Assembly: GCA_964291215.2 (NCBI GenBank)
Contig: OZ219791.1
Span: 1,376,001 to 1,440,000, forward strand
Length of the DNA stretch: 64,000 nucleotides
From: Alphaproteobacteria bacterium
Lineage (GTDB): Bacteria > Pseudomonadota > Alphaproteobacteria > MPNO01 > UBA830
Direction of reading: 5' to 3'
In this document: positions 53,944 to 64,000 of the stretch, in pieces
Position numbering within the stretch: position 1 is the stretch's first letter
How the letters are laid out: each line of letters begins with the position of its first letter
Position numbers and translations under genes: made by a program
Notes under the pieces: generated by a model
Seen by the model: the letters and a program-made list of their open reading frames with translations, nothing else
What the model was told of the DNA's origin: nothing
The model's database searches: none

Positions 53944-55089
53944 CTACGGAGCGCGCAGGTTCGAGGGCTTGCCGTCGGCGCCGATATCGACCTCGCCATG
54001 CTCGGCAACGGCGACCTGAACGCGGCGCCATTCGTCATGATAGATGGCGTTGGAGCCGCGGAACCCGGGGATCACGTAGCGCGCGAAAAGCTCGAGCGAC
54101 CGCTTCAGCTTGTCGGTGTGCGCCCATTCGTGGGTGGTCAGCATCACGCCACCGAAGGGGCCGTTCTCGACAATCTTGTTCTCGATCCAGCGCACGGCAT
54201 CGTCCGGCGTGCCAATGCACCAGTCGCGCCGGTCGGCGCAGGACTGCGCCGTGAATTCCGAGACAGGCTGGCCGGGATAAGCCTCGTACAGGGGCTTGAG
54301 TCCGATCGACGCGAAATACTCGGTCTCGCGAAGAATTCCGGCTTCGACATCCTTCCATGCCTCGTCGCGGCTTTCCGCCAGGTAGAACGAGGTCACGAGG
54401 CTCCAGCTGTCGCGGTCGGCCGCGCGCCCATGGCGTGCGTACGCCGCCTCAAGATCCTGCCAGAATCCCGCGAAACTGCCGCCGCCCGGCCGATTACGGC
54501 CGCACGGGGTCCAGACCTCCATGCCGTGCCGTGCCGCGAGATCGATATTGCCGGCGCTTCCGCTCGTCGGCAGCGCCAGCGGCAGCCGCGGCTGCTGGTA
54601 CGAGCGGAGCTGGAGGCGCATGTCCTCGAACTGCCAGAACTCACCGCTGTGATCGAACGGTTCCTCGGATTCGAGAAGCCGCACGATGATGTCGGCAGCC
54701 TCGTTGAGCATCGGATAGAGCTTGTTGTTGCCGAGGCGGAACAGCTTCTTGTCGGTGATCAGGTTGCTCGGGCCGATCCCGAGCACGGCGCGGCCGCGGG
54801 TCAGGTGATCGAGAAATGCAATGCGCTCTGCGACATGGAACGGATGGTGGAACGGCAGGTTGATGACCGACGTGCCGAGGCGGATGCGGCTTGTCCGGGC
54901 CGCCGCCATCGAAAGCGCCATCTCGGGCGCAGGCATGGTCTCCCAGCCTCCGGAATGATGCTCGCCGATGAAGAAGCCGTCATAGTCGAGATCCTCGACG
55001 AACGGTATCAGGTCGATGTCGCGATGAAACGCCAGCGTCGGGTTCTCCGCCGGATGATGCACGGGCATCATGAAGAAGGAAAATTTCAT
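53944..55089 (-). CDS. LLM class flavin-dependent monooxygenase
   Basis: MKFSFFMMPVH, IGEHHSGGWE, RIRLGTSV..LPFHHP, DHLTRGR, SLELFARYVIP. Confidence 0.92.
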   Translation of the reverse strand: MKFSFFMMPVHHPAENPTLAFHRDIDLIPFVEDLDYDGFFIGEHHSGGWETMPAPEMALSMAAARTSRIRLGTSVINLPFHHPFHVAERIAFLDHLTRGRAVLGIGPSNLITDKKLFRLGNNKLYPMLNEAADIIVRLLESEEPFDHSGEFWQFEDMRLQLRSYQQPRLPLALPTSGSAGNIDLAARHGMEVWTPCGRNRPGGGSFAGFWQDLEAAYARHGRAADRDSWSLVTSFYLAESRDEAWKDVEAGILRETEYFASIGLKPLYEAYPGQPVSEFTAQSCADRRDWCIGTPDDAVRWIENKIVENGPFGGVMLTTHEWAHTDKLKRSLELFARYVIPGFRGSNAIYHDEWRRVQVAVAEHGEVDIGADGKPSNLRAP

Positions 55090-55164
55090 GTCGTTCCCAT
55101 TGCCGTTTCCGCAACGTTCCGGTCAGATGGCAAGGAAGCGCGCAGCACCGGACGGCAGGCCCGT

Positions 55165-56394
55165 CTATCCCCAGGGCCCCAGGAACTGCTCGCCGGTGAA
55201 GCTGTCGGAAAGCGGTTCGAGGGTTTCAGGCCAAGCGCCGTTGTCCGTCCGGCGGCGCTGGTCCGCAGGCCGGGGGCGGCCGTCCCAGCCGATCTGCTCC
55301 ATGTAGTAGTAGAGTTCGACGACATGACCGTCGGGGTCGATGGCGAAGGCCGAGTAGTCGATTCCCGTCGAGAGCGCGGGCGGAAGGTAGCGGATCTCCA
55401 CGCCGTTGCGTTCGAGAAAGGCTATCGCGTCCCGAAGCTGGGCGTAATCGTTGACCCGCACCCCGAACGACATGCACGAGGACCAGTCGGTCAGTCCGAG
55501 TTCCTCCCTGAGTTCCATCGGATACAGTGCAAGCGCGTGATGCTCGGTGCCGCAGCGCAGGAAATGGCACTCCCTGCCCTGCCAGACGACGGTCTCCGTC
55601 AGGGTCAGGCCGAGCCGGTCGCGATAAAACGCCAGCGCATTTCCGGGTCGTTCCGTGAACAGCCGCACCGGGCCGATGCCGGTAATCTTGAACGGGCGCG
55701 GCAGCCGGATGCCGCCGACGTCATATTCCGCGGTGCCGAGTTCGAGGGAGTTGGTGCCGGAACCAAGATCGACCTGCCGCTTGCGCGCATTCTCGACCTC
55801 TTCGGCCTCGCGTATCCAGGGCAGTTCGGGGGCCGTGGTGAATTCCCGGTCGAAGAGCTCGCGCGGTTTCGACAACCCGTCCCATCCGACCTGCTCGATA
55901 CCGTAGAAGAGTTCGTTTATGTGTCCGTCGGGATCGATGGGATAGACGTGCCAGTTGGATCCGGGGACGTCGCGTCCGGTACGGTGGTAGTCCACGCCGG
56001 TCTCGCCGAACCAGTCGGTCGCGTTGCGGACTTCCCGCGGGCTCCCGACCTGCCAGGTGATCTGGTTTATGGTAACATCGTCGGCCATGCGTTTGTCGTA
56101 ATCGATGGCCTTGCGCACCCGGTAGGGAAACAGCACGAAGGCATGGTGATCGGTGCCGTAACGCATGAAATATCCGTGCGTGTCGCCGAGGCCTTCGAGT
56201 TCCGCCGGATCGCGGGCGCGGGCGCCAATGTCGAGCGTATCGGTGACCTGGAATCCGAGGAGGTCGCGGTAGAAGCTGAGGGATTTCTCCATGTCGCGTC
56301 CGTAGAACCCGAAATGCCCCAGCCGGCGCAGCCGGAACGGCCGCTCCAGCGTCAGGCCGCCAACATCGAACCTTTTATTTGTGGACTCCACCAT
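55165..56394 (-). CDS. Two-domain VOC family protein (extradiol dioxygenase-like)
   Basis: RRLGHFG, FYRDLLGFQVTD, GTDHHAF, YPIDPDGHINELFY; duplicated domain GTEHHAL..DPDGHVVELYY. Confidence 0.85.
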   Translation of the reverse strand: MVESTNKRFDVGGLTLERPFRLRRLGHFGFYGRDMEKSLSFYRDLLGFQVTDTLDIGARARDPAELEGLGDTHGYFMRYGTDHHAFVLFPYRVRKAIDYDKRMADDVTINQITWQVGSPREVRNATDWFGETGVDYHRTGRDVPGSNWHVYPIDPDGHINELFYGIEQVGWDGLSKPRELFDREFTTAPELPWIREAEEVENARKRQVDLGSGTNSLELGTAEYDVGGIRLPRPFKITGIGPVRLFTERPGNALAFYRDRLGLTLTETVVWQGRECHFLRCGTEHHALALYPMELREELGLTDWSSCMSFGVRVNDYAQLRDAIAFLERNGVEIRYLPPALSTGIDYSAFAIDPDGHVVELYYYMEQIGWDGRPRPADQRRRTDNGAWPETLEPLSDSFTGEQFLGPWG

Positions 56395-56646
56395 GGGTGT
56401 TATCTCCCGTTCAACGTGAACACTATACGGAACGCGCCGTTTTGCCGCTAGCGGCCAGGTCCCGCCCGGAGCGACAGCCAAGGCCGAGCCTGAAGCGCAG
56501 ATTGCCGGAATGACGGGCGGGATTAACTCCGACACTCTCACAGTCGTCAATGGCGACACTGCCGCAGCGCTGCGCGCGCATCTGCAAGCCTCCACAGACT
56601 ATTGCCGTTGCCGGTCCGACTGACCGCGCCCGGTAGGGAGATACCC

Positions 56647-57533
56647 ATGGAATACCCTCTCACCTTCATGTCCGACGGCCTCAAGCTGGCCGGCATCCTC
56701 CACGTGCCGGAAGGACGCGAACCCGGGCAGCGTCTGCCGACCTTCATCGTCCTGCACGGCTTCGTCGGAACCAAGGACAAGTCCCATGTCGAACTCGTCG
56801 CGCGAATGCTCGACGAGATGGGCTACTGCGTCTTCCGCATCGATTTTTGCGGTTGCGGCGAGAGCGAAGGCGCGCGCGGCGAGGTCCGCTGCTTCGACCA
56901 GGTGGTCGACACCAAGAACGCCCTGACCTTCATCGCCGGACGCGAAGAGGTGGATCCCGACCGGATCGGAGTTATCGGGCACAGCTTCGGTGCGGCGGTG
57001 GCGATCTTCGCCGTCGTGATCGACGAGCGTATCGCCGTCGTGATCTCGCTTTGCGGCTGGGGCCACGGCGAACGCAAGTTCCGAGGCCAACATCCGACGC
57101 CCGAAGCCTGGCAGAAGTTCACCGGCATCCTGGAGGACGGGCGGAAGCAGAAAGCCGAGACCGGAGAGAGCATGTGGGTTTCGCGTTTCGATGTGGTGCC
57201 GATTCCCCAGAACTGCGCTCGAATCTCTCGCCAAAGGCGCAGTTCGAAGTGCCGGTGGAAACCGCGATCAGCATGTACAAGTTCCGCGCCGAAGATGTCG
57301 TGGCCGACATAGCGCCGCGACCGCTCCTCCTGTTCCACACCGCGGACGATGTGGTCACGCCGACGGAGCAGTCGATCCGCCTGTTCGAGAAGGCAGGTGC
57401 CAACGCCGAACTGATGATCCCCACCGGCGTCGCGCATTTCCCGCTGTCAGAGGAGGATGCGCCCTATACGCGCGCTCTGATCGGCGCCTGGCTCAACAAG
57501 TTCTTCCCGACCCCGCTGCGCGCACACGCATGA
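56647..57533 (+). pseudogene. Alpha/beta hydrolase (S9/S15-like), frameshift near 57210
   Basis: LHGF, GCGESEG, DPDRIGVIGHSFG in one frame; IAPRPLLL.H..D.V, AHFP in another. Confidence 0.82.
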
Positions 57534-57582
57534 AGACCATCCCTGCACGCAACCTGCACGAGTTTGCAATTGAACTCCTGAC
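57530..57582 (+). pseudogene. N-terminus of probable Ldh_2 (malate/lactate/ureidoglycolate dehydrogenase) gene, split by IS66 element and truncated
   Basis: MKTIPARNLHEFAIELLT continues after the TSD at 59110 as AGGFAPNFAEDTA; ATGA-coupled to upstream hydrolase. Confidence 0.45.
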
Positions 57583-59109
57583 GTAACTGCTCACCCCCTG
57601 GTTCCGGCTTGATGTCGGGGTAGAGCAACGAACGGGTTTTCGTGGAGATTTGACACTGCAGGCCGATTCGTTTAGTGGTGGTAATCGAGAACGACGGGGA
57701 CCGCCAGTGGGCTACTTTGGATCGAAGGCGACGAGCGGGCTGTGCCAGCTGCTTCCGGGGCTCCAGCCCCCGCATGATCTGTATGTGGAAACGCATCTCG
57801 GAGGCGGCGCGCTGATGAAGCGCAAGGCCGGGTGATGGCGACGGGCGGCGCGCGAGGAGTTCGAAGCGGCCAAGACCGCGGCGCTGCCGGCAAGGTGGCG
57901 GAAGAGGCCGTGATCCGCGTCTTCGTCATCCTGTTCGACATCCTCATCGTCGTCCTTCTGGAGAAGACCACGCAAGAGCCGGAACTCCGGTCTGCCGCCG
58001 TCACAGACGGACAAGAGCGTGCCGGGAGCAACGGCCCGAAGCCGAACCGGCAGATGGGCGACAACCTGTGCAAGACCATCGTCGAAGAGACGGTCGCGGC
58101 CTGCGACGCCTGCGGCGCCGACGGCCCCGTCGATTGGGAGCGCTGCATCCTCTACGACATCGTGTTCGAGGTCGTCGAGCGCCGCGCCGAGATCAAGGAA
58201 TGCCCGAAGTGCAAGGGCCGGTTCCCCGACAACATCCCGTGCAGTACGGCATCGGCATTCAGGCCCTCGTCATCAACCTACTGGTCGCCCAGATGCTATC
58301 CCTGCGCCGTGCCGTCGCGTTCGTGCAGGCGATCTCCGGCATCAAGCTCTCCGAGGCAACCTGCCTCGGCTATGCTTTCACGATGCGTCATGGGAGGAGG
58401 CCGCCGTGGCGCACCTCCTGCAACGCCCGATGTCGACGATTTCGGATCAACAGTAAGTGGCTCCATGTCGTGGGACCCTGACGTGCAAGTTCCCGCACCG
58501 CAAGCGCGGGCAAGAGATCGGCATCATCCCGTGCTACAAGGGCGTCCTGACTGCTGGACCTCGTACATGGGCTATGACCAGTGTAGCCACCAGCTGTGCG
58601 GCAGCCACCTGCTGCGCGAACTGACCTTTGTCGTCGAGGCTACCGCGCGACTGATGAAGAGCCTGCTCCGCGAGGTCTGCCACAAGATCAACAAGAGCGC
58701 ATCCAAAACCCTGAACGACGCCGGGCGCAAGCGCTACCGCACCATCAGGGCGCCAGGGAACTGCCCGACATCCCGCCGCCGCCGAAAGGAAAACGTGGAC
58801 GCAAGTCCGACGCGCACAACCTGCACGAACGTCTCGTGAAACACGAAAACCTGCGCTTCACAGACGACCCCGACGTCAGCTTCACCAACAATGCCGGAGA
58901 ACAGAAAATCAGGATGGCAAAGGTCAAGGTGTCCGGATGCTTCCGCTCCACGCAAAAGCATGGTGCCGGGGCTCAAGCTACCTCACCTCCATGGCCGCAC
59001 TCGGCTACAACCCACTCGTCGCCACCCAGATCGCCCTCGACGGAAAAGCCGCAGACATCATCAACGAGCACTATGGCCAATCAGAACCCAACTAGGGGTG
59101 AGTAGATAC
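57583..59109 (+). mobile_element. Degenerate IS66 (ISBst12-like) element with MTase 5' fragment, 8-bp TSD
   Basis: GTAACTGCTCACCCC...GGGGTGAGTAGATAC; CTCCTGAC duplicated at 57575-57582 and 59110-59117; NSGLPPSQT, CPKC, QLCGSHLLREL, FTNNAGEQKIRM. Confidence 0.95.
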
Positions 59110-59217
59110 CTCCTGACTGCGGGAGGGTTCGCGCCGAACTTTGCCGAAGACACCGCGGCAACAGCGAATTTCATCGATCTGTCCCGCGAACAACCATCGC
59201 GAGCAAGCCGGCATCGG

Positions 59218-60472
59218 CTACCAGCAACCGCCTTTACGCGTCAAAGATGTCCGCTTGTAATCGCGCTCGGCGTCAGCATCCACAAGGATATTGCAAACGA
59301 TGACGGTGCCATCGGCAACCCCCATCAACGCCAGCCTGCCGTTCGGCGAGAAGGCGACGGCGCGCGGCGCGGCATCGTAGCGCCACTTCCGCACGGTCTG
59401 TCCGGTTGCCGCGTCGTGAAACTCGACCTCCCAGCGGTCGTCTCCCGTCAACGCCCATCGGCCGTCCGACGACAGGGCGACCGACGTCACGCGGGCGCCA
59501 ACTTGCCATTGTCCCAATACCTGTCCGGATCGGATTCGCGCAGCACGGCCTGCCAGTTTGCCGCTCCCGTGAGAACCCGCCGGCCGTCCGCGGAGAACAC
59601 GGCTGACATGAGACCCCCGGCTTCCGAGCCGGGATGATTCCATTCGTGCCGTGTCTTCCCGGTTCCAGCCTCGCCCAGCACCGCCTTGCCGTCGGCGAAG
59701 CCCGCGAGGGTCCACCGCCCTTCATGCGACCAGGCGACGGATGTCACCGGAGCTTGCGCCGCCACTTGCGGAGAATATCGAGCGTGCCCACATCGATCAG
59801 GAGGGCGACGTGTCCGGCCCCTACCAGAGCCTTGCGCCGGTCGCGTGACCGGGCGACGCCAACCATCTTGTAATCGTGCTCCCGACGATTGCCTAGGATC
59901 CGTCCTGTCTCAATGGCGCGCAGCGACGCCAGACCGCGCCGCCCCGCCATCAGGACGCGCTCCTCGCGCGGTGAAGAGGCCCCGGCCCGGTCGTCGCCGG
60001 ACCCGTGTCACCACGTCCGCACGAGGTCCCCACCCGATATCGCCCACAGCTCCGACACCGTTGTCGTCCACTGCCAATACGTGATGTCCGCTGTGCTTCA
60101 ACGCAATCGCGATGATGCAGGCGCCGTGCCGCGAGAACCTCATCGGTGCGCTGTCCGACATCGGGCGCAACGCACGATGCCGGCTCGCCCGGTCCATTGC
60201 CTTGCGCACCGCCGGAAGGGAGCGGGTACTGATCCTCTAGCCGGTTTTCAGTTTCACCGCGCGGTCGGCAGACGGGCACGCTCCACGATTTCAACGAGGT
60301 TGTCGTGCGCCTTTTTCAGGAGTCCGAATTTCTCTTCCGGTGACGGCTCAAGCTCGGCATCCCGGATGTACCCGACTGCCTCGATCAACAGACGGTTGGC
60401 CCAAGCCGTGTCATCTGCCCAAACCGGCGACACCGCCAAGCACAATATGCAGGCAAGAAAAAAGCGCTTCAC
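59218..60472 (-). pseudogene. Secreted WD40-repeat protein, multiply frameshifted
   Basis: Signal-like VKRFFLACILCLAVSPVWA; repeats VTSVAWSHEGRWTLAG, SAVFSADGRRVLTG, VTSVALSSDGRWALTG, AVAFSPNGRLALMG in different frames. Confidence 0.75.
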
Positions 60473-60543
60473 AGCATCGTGTCCCGGTGCATGGTGCAAG
60501 GGCTTGACACCGGTCGCGGTATCCGGCGAGAAGGGCGGGGTGC

Positions 60544-60750
60544 TCAGGCTGCAGCATCGGACAGCCTGATCGTCCGATTATCGGTCATGGAAGCGATCGG
60601 TTCCAACGTCATGCGCCGCCTTTCGACGACCTACTCGTCGTTCTGCTCAAGGAGGATGGCCCCGACAAGGTGGATAATGGTCTCTTCGTTGGGGAAGATA
60701 CCGACGGCGCTGGTGCGTCGGTTGATCTCGGCGTGGAGATGTTCGGCAGC
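60544..60750 (-). mobile_element. IS256 family transposase C-terminal remnant
   Basis: EHLHAEINRRTSAVGIFPNEETIIHLVGAILLEQNDE*. Confidence 0.8.
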
Positions 60751-60975
60751 TGATGTCTACGATATGACCGGCCTCGCGGCATGGTCTTTCGGCGATCCTG
60801 GCCGCCACCCAAACGGCGCCTGCCCGCCGGGCGAGGCCGACCCCTTTCAGGTAATTCTTGTAGCAGGCGCAACTCCGGCGCGGCGTCTGACCGGGGTCGA
60901 TCGTCTGCCTCTTTCGATTGCCGCGCTGGCCGGTCCCTGCCAGCTTCCGGAAACCGGGCGACAGGTTGGACGCTG

Positions 60976-62613
60976 TCAGACATCCTCGTCCGGCTGCAAC
61001 GGAGCCGTGCCGAGAATGTGATCGCTCACCTTCTCGGCAATCAGCAGAACCGCCGCGTTGATGTTTCCGGAAACCAGGTCGGGCATTGACGACGCGTCCA
61101 CCACCCGAAGGTTCTCTGCCCCGCGAACCCGGCATTCCGGATCGAGCACCGCACGCTCGCCGGTGCCCATCGGGGTCGTGCAGGAGGGGTGATGCGCGGT
61201 GACCACCGTGCGCCGTATCCACGCGCCGATCTCGTCATCCGTCTTCACGTCCGCGCCGGGGGTGGTCTCGGTTCCCCGGAACGAATCGAGCGCCGGCTGG
61301 TGCAGCAGTTCGCGCGCAATCCTGACGCCGTTGCGCAGGGTGACGAGATCTTCCGGCGCGGCGAGGAAGTTCTGGATGATGCGCACCTTGTCCATCGGGT
61401 TCGCCGACCTCAGCAGCACCTCGCCCCGGCTCTCCGGGTGCAACAGTACCGGCCGCAACCCGAAACCGTCCTCGTATGGCGGCCTGATGCCCGGGAACCA
61501 CAGATGGGCATCCGGCGGAGCGCCGCGGAACAGGAACTGGATGTCCGTCACCGCAAGCTCCGGGCATGTCTTGACGAAGCCGTGAAGCCCGCCGGGAAGG
61601 ACTGTGGCCGGCCCGGTTCCGAAGAGATGCCCCCGCACCATCGACACCGCCATGCGATCGAAGCGCATGACGCTCCGGAACGGCCCGGGAGCGGGGCGGG
61701 TGGCCATCGGCATCACGGCCAGATGGTCCTGCAGGTTCTTGCCCACGTAGGGGGAATCGATCACCATATCGATGTCGACCTCAGACAGGTGGTCGGCTGG
61801 ACCGATCCCCGAGAGCATCAGGAGCTGCGGGGAGTTGAAAACGCCTCCCGACAAGATGACTTCCCGCGCCGCATGGGCCGTCCGGGTCTCGTTGCCGCGA
61901 ACGAATTCGACGCCGGTGGCTCGCCTGCCGTCCATGATCACGCGGGTCGCGTGCGCGTTCGTCAGCACCGTGACGTTGGGGCGCTTCATCGCCGGCCTCA
62001 GGAAGGCGCGGGCCGCACTGTTGCGTTTGCCCTGGTGGATCGTCGACTGGCTGCGGCCGAGGCCTTCCTGCTTCTTCCCGTTGTAGTCATGGGTAAAGCC
62101 GATGCCGGTGGTCTCGCCGGCCTCTATCCATGCATCCCATAGCGGATCAGTGGAGCGCGCCCGCGTGGTATGGAGCGGACCGTCACCGCCACGCCACTTG
62201 TCGGCACCCTCCTCCCAGCTTTCCATGCGCCGGAAGTACGGCAGCACGTCGGCATAGGACCATCCGATAGCGCCCTTCTGCGCCCAGCGGTCATAGTCGC
62301 CACGGTGGCCGCGCACGTAGGCCATCACGTTAATCGAGGACGAACCGCCAAGCACCTTGCCGCGCATCGCCTCGACGACGCGATTGTCGATATGGGCTTC
62401 CGGTTCGGTGTCCAGACCCCAGTCGTGCGCCCTCTTGTCGTGCATCCGCCCCATGCCGAGAGGAATGTGGATCAGCGGATCGGTATCGGGGCCGCCAGCT
62501 TCCAGGACCAGCACGCGGACATCGCGCTCGGCGCTCAGCCGGTATGCCAGAACGCAGCCGGCGCTCCCTGCGCCGACGACGATATAGTCGTACTCGTTCC
62601 GCTCGCCCGTCAT
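60976..62613 (-). CDS. GMC family oxidoreductase (choline dehydrogenase-like)
   Basis: YDYIVVGAGSAGC, RGKVLGGSSSIN, GKNLQDH, HHPSCT..MG, LRVVDASSMP.LVSGNINA. Confidence 0.93.
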   Translation of the reverse strand: MTGERNEYDYIVVGAGSAGCVLAYRLSAERDVRVLVLEAGGPDTDPLIHIPLGMGRMHDKRAHDWGLDTEPEAHIDNRVVEAMRGKVLGGSSSINVMAYVRGHRGDYDRWAQKGAIGWSYADVLPYFRRMESWEEGADKWRGGDGPLHTTRARSTDPLWDAWIEAGETTGIGFTHDYNGKKQEGLGRSQSTIHQGKRNSAARAFLRPAMKRPNVTVLTNAHATRVIMDGRRATGVEFVRGNETRTAHAAREVILSGGVFNSPQLLMLSGIGPADHLSEVDIDMVIDSPYVGKNLQDHLAVMPMATRPAPGPFRSVMRFDRMAVSMVRGHLFGTGPATVLPGGLHGFVKTCPELAVTDIQFLFRGAPPDAHLWFPGIRPPYEDGFGLRPVLLHPESRGEVLLRSANPMDKVRIIQNFLAAPEDLVTLRNGVRIARELLHQPALDSFRGTETTPGADVKTDDEIGAWIRRTVVTAHHPSCTTPMGTGERAVLDPECRVRGAENLRVVDASSMPDLVSGNINAAVLLIAEKVSDHILGTAPLQPDEDV

Positions 62614-62908
62614 GTTGCGGTTTCCTCCATGCGCCGGTGTTCTCCGGCCATCAGTTTCTGCGAGCCGTCGGCACGAATCCCGATCAGGACCACCCGAGCC
62701 AGCCCGTAGCACCCTGTCCCGACCCGTTACACCAGCAGCGGCAAAAGATTGGGATCACGGTAAGACAAGCGGCAGGGAGCCGCGCTGTTCCGGTTATAGA
62801 TTCGACACCGGCCGGGAAAGTAACTGCGGCGCCGGAGAAGACCGGCGGAGACCCGGTCGCGCCATCCGGGGCCCAAGACCCCGGCGTACCGAGACTTCCG
62901 CTGTGGTC

Positions 62909-62985
62909 TGGTAGCGGGGGAGGGACTCGAACCCCCGACACGCGGATTATGATTCCGCTGCTCTAACCAGCTGAGCTACCCCGCC
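62909..62985 (-). tRNA. tRNA-Met (CAT), elongator type
   Basis: GGCGGGGTAGCTCAGCTGGTTAGAGCAGCGGAATCATAATCCGCGTGTCGGGGGTTCGAGTCCCTCCCCCGCTACCA: cloverleaf, CAT anticodon, encoded CCA, no C1-A72 initiator mismatch. Confidence 0.95.
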
Positions 62986-63158
62986 AAACGCGACCGGTAT
63001 ATGAACGATGGAACCACCCCCGTCAAGCCTGTCAGCGCCGCCAGCGTAATCGGCCGTGGCAGGAACGATCACGCAAGGATCGGCTGGCACAGAACATGGT
63101 GCGGCAGGCCTGTAGCGGGTACAAACACCCGGGAACGAAATCGCATCGGAGAGCGGTC

Positions 63159-63905
63159 ATGGCTAGAAACAGAGAGGCGCTGAGCCTTGCGGTGCTGATC
63201 GACGCCGACAACACGAGCGCACGCTATGCGCAGGCGATCTTCGAGGAGATCGTCAAGCTCGGCGAAGCCGATGTGCGCCGAATATACGGGGACTTCTCGG
63301 GTACTCAGCTCGGCAACTGGGACAAGGCCATCCAGTCGCTTGCGATCCTTCAGCACCAGCAGCGGAGCAACTCCAAGGGCAAGAACGCGGCGGACATCGC
63401 GCTGGTCATCGACGCGATGGACCTGCTCTACAAGAACAATCTCGACGGCGTGTGCCTGGTCTCGAGCGACAGCGATTTCACGCGCCTCGCGCAACGGCTC
63501 CGCGAGGAAGGCCTCACGGTCTACGGCTTCGGCGAACGTAAGACGCCAGAGGCGTTCCGCAACGCCTGCAGCAGGTTCATATATCTCGAGAACCTTCTGG
63601 ATTCCGGCACCGAGAAGGAGAACGGCACGACTGCCTCTGCAAAGGCGGAAAAGAAGGAATCGCCATCAAAGGCGGTGAAGCTCATCGCGAAGGCGATCGA
63701 GGATGCGGACGAGGACGGTTGGGCGAACCTTGGCAGCGTCGGCACCCGGCTCCTCGCCGCGGCGCCGGACTTCGATTCCAGAACCTATGGCTGTTCCAAC
63801 CTGAGCACGCTGGTCGAGAAGTCCGGCGGGTTCGAAATCCGCAGGGAACCCGACAAGGACGTGCATATCCGCCGCAAGGTGGTCAAGCGCAGGGCTAGGA
63901 AGTAG
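63159..63905 (+). CDS. NYN (LabA/DUF88) domain RNase with C-terminal OST-HTH/LOTUS domain
   Basis: AVLIDADN, RRIYGD, GKNAADIALVIDAMD, VSSDSDF, ACSRFIYLE; C-term GWANLGSVG..PDFDSRTYG..LSTL. Confidence 0.92.
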   Translation: MARNREALSLAVLIDADNTSARYAQAIFEEIVKLGEADVRRIYGDFSGTQLGNWDKAIQSLAILQHQQRSNSKGKNAADIALVIDAMDLLYKNNLDGVCLVSSDSDFTRLAQRLREEGLTVYGFGERKTPEAFRNACSRFIYLENLLDSGTEKENGTTASAKAEKKESPSKAVKLIAKAIEDADEDGWANLGSVGTRLLAAAPDFDSRTYGCSNLSTLVEKSGGFEIRREPDKDVHIRRKVVKRRARK

Positions 63906-63939
63906 TCCTCAGGCACCGAAGACAAGTAGAACCTGGGCG

Positions 63940-64000
63940 GTAACTGCTCACCCCCTGGTTCCGGCTTGATGTCGGGGTAGAGCAACGAACGGGTTTTCGT
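63940..64000 (+). mobile_element. Left end of a fourth copy of the IS66/MTase element (runs off window)
   Basis: GTAACTGCTCACCCCCTGGTTCCGGCTTGATGTCGGGGTAGAGCAACGAACGGGTTTTCGT matches 57583 onward. Confidence 0.93.

Noticed and set aside
57165-57200. Apparent third MITE copy (ETRNP.AL peptide similarity in antisense ORF)
   Set aside because: Only a short match inside the hydrolase coding sequence, without TIRs; coincidence

Overview
High-GC alphaproteobacterial chromosome segment (gene content and order are Rhodospirillales-like; this is an inference). A core backbone (ribF-lspA-DUF3035-M16/M16-pgi-mutL, then rsmD-rluB-C26 peptidase / tadA, and elongator tRNA-Met) alternates with accessory catabolic blocks and many decayed IS elements. 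The catabolic blocks are TAXI and DctP/QM TRAP transporters, an FAH/CocE/LLM/GlcG cluster, two tandem UbiD decarboxylases, a VOC-sulfotransferase-ECH-hydrolase-FrmA-Rieske-glutamine-synthetase-like-MFS cluster, and a GMC oxidoreductase. The most unusual signals are in the mobilome. (1) An IS66-type element occurs four times and carries a Dam-like DNA methyltransferase passenger inside its left end; two complete degenerate copies keep perfect 8-bp target duplications. (2) DUF4338 (DruA-like) remnants are tied to both ISAs1 and IS66 transposases. (3) A 193-bp MITE (two copies, one with a 10-bp TSD) carries a consensus sigma54 -24/-12 site plus RBS and start codon. Many accessory genes are frameshifted or interrupted, and a decayed secreted WD40 protein is present, consistent with (but not proof of) a host-associated genome undergoing erosion. 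All family assignments come from motif recognition by eye; no searches were run.
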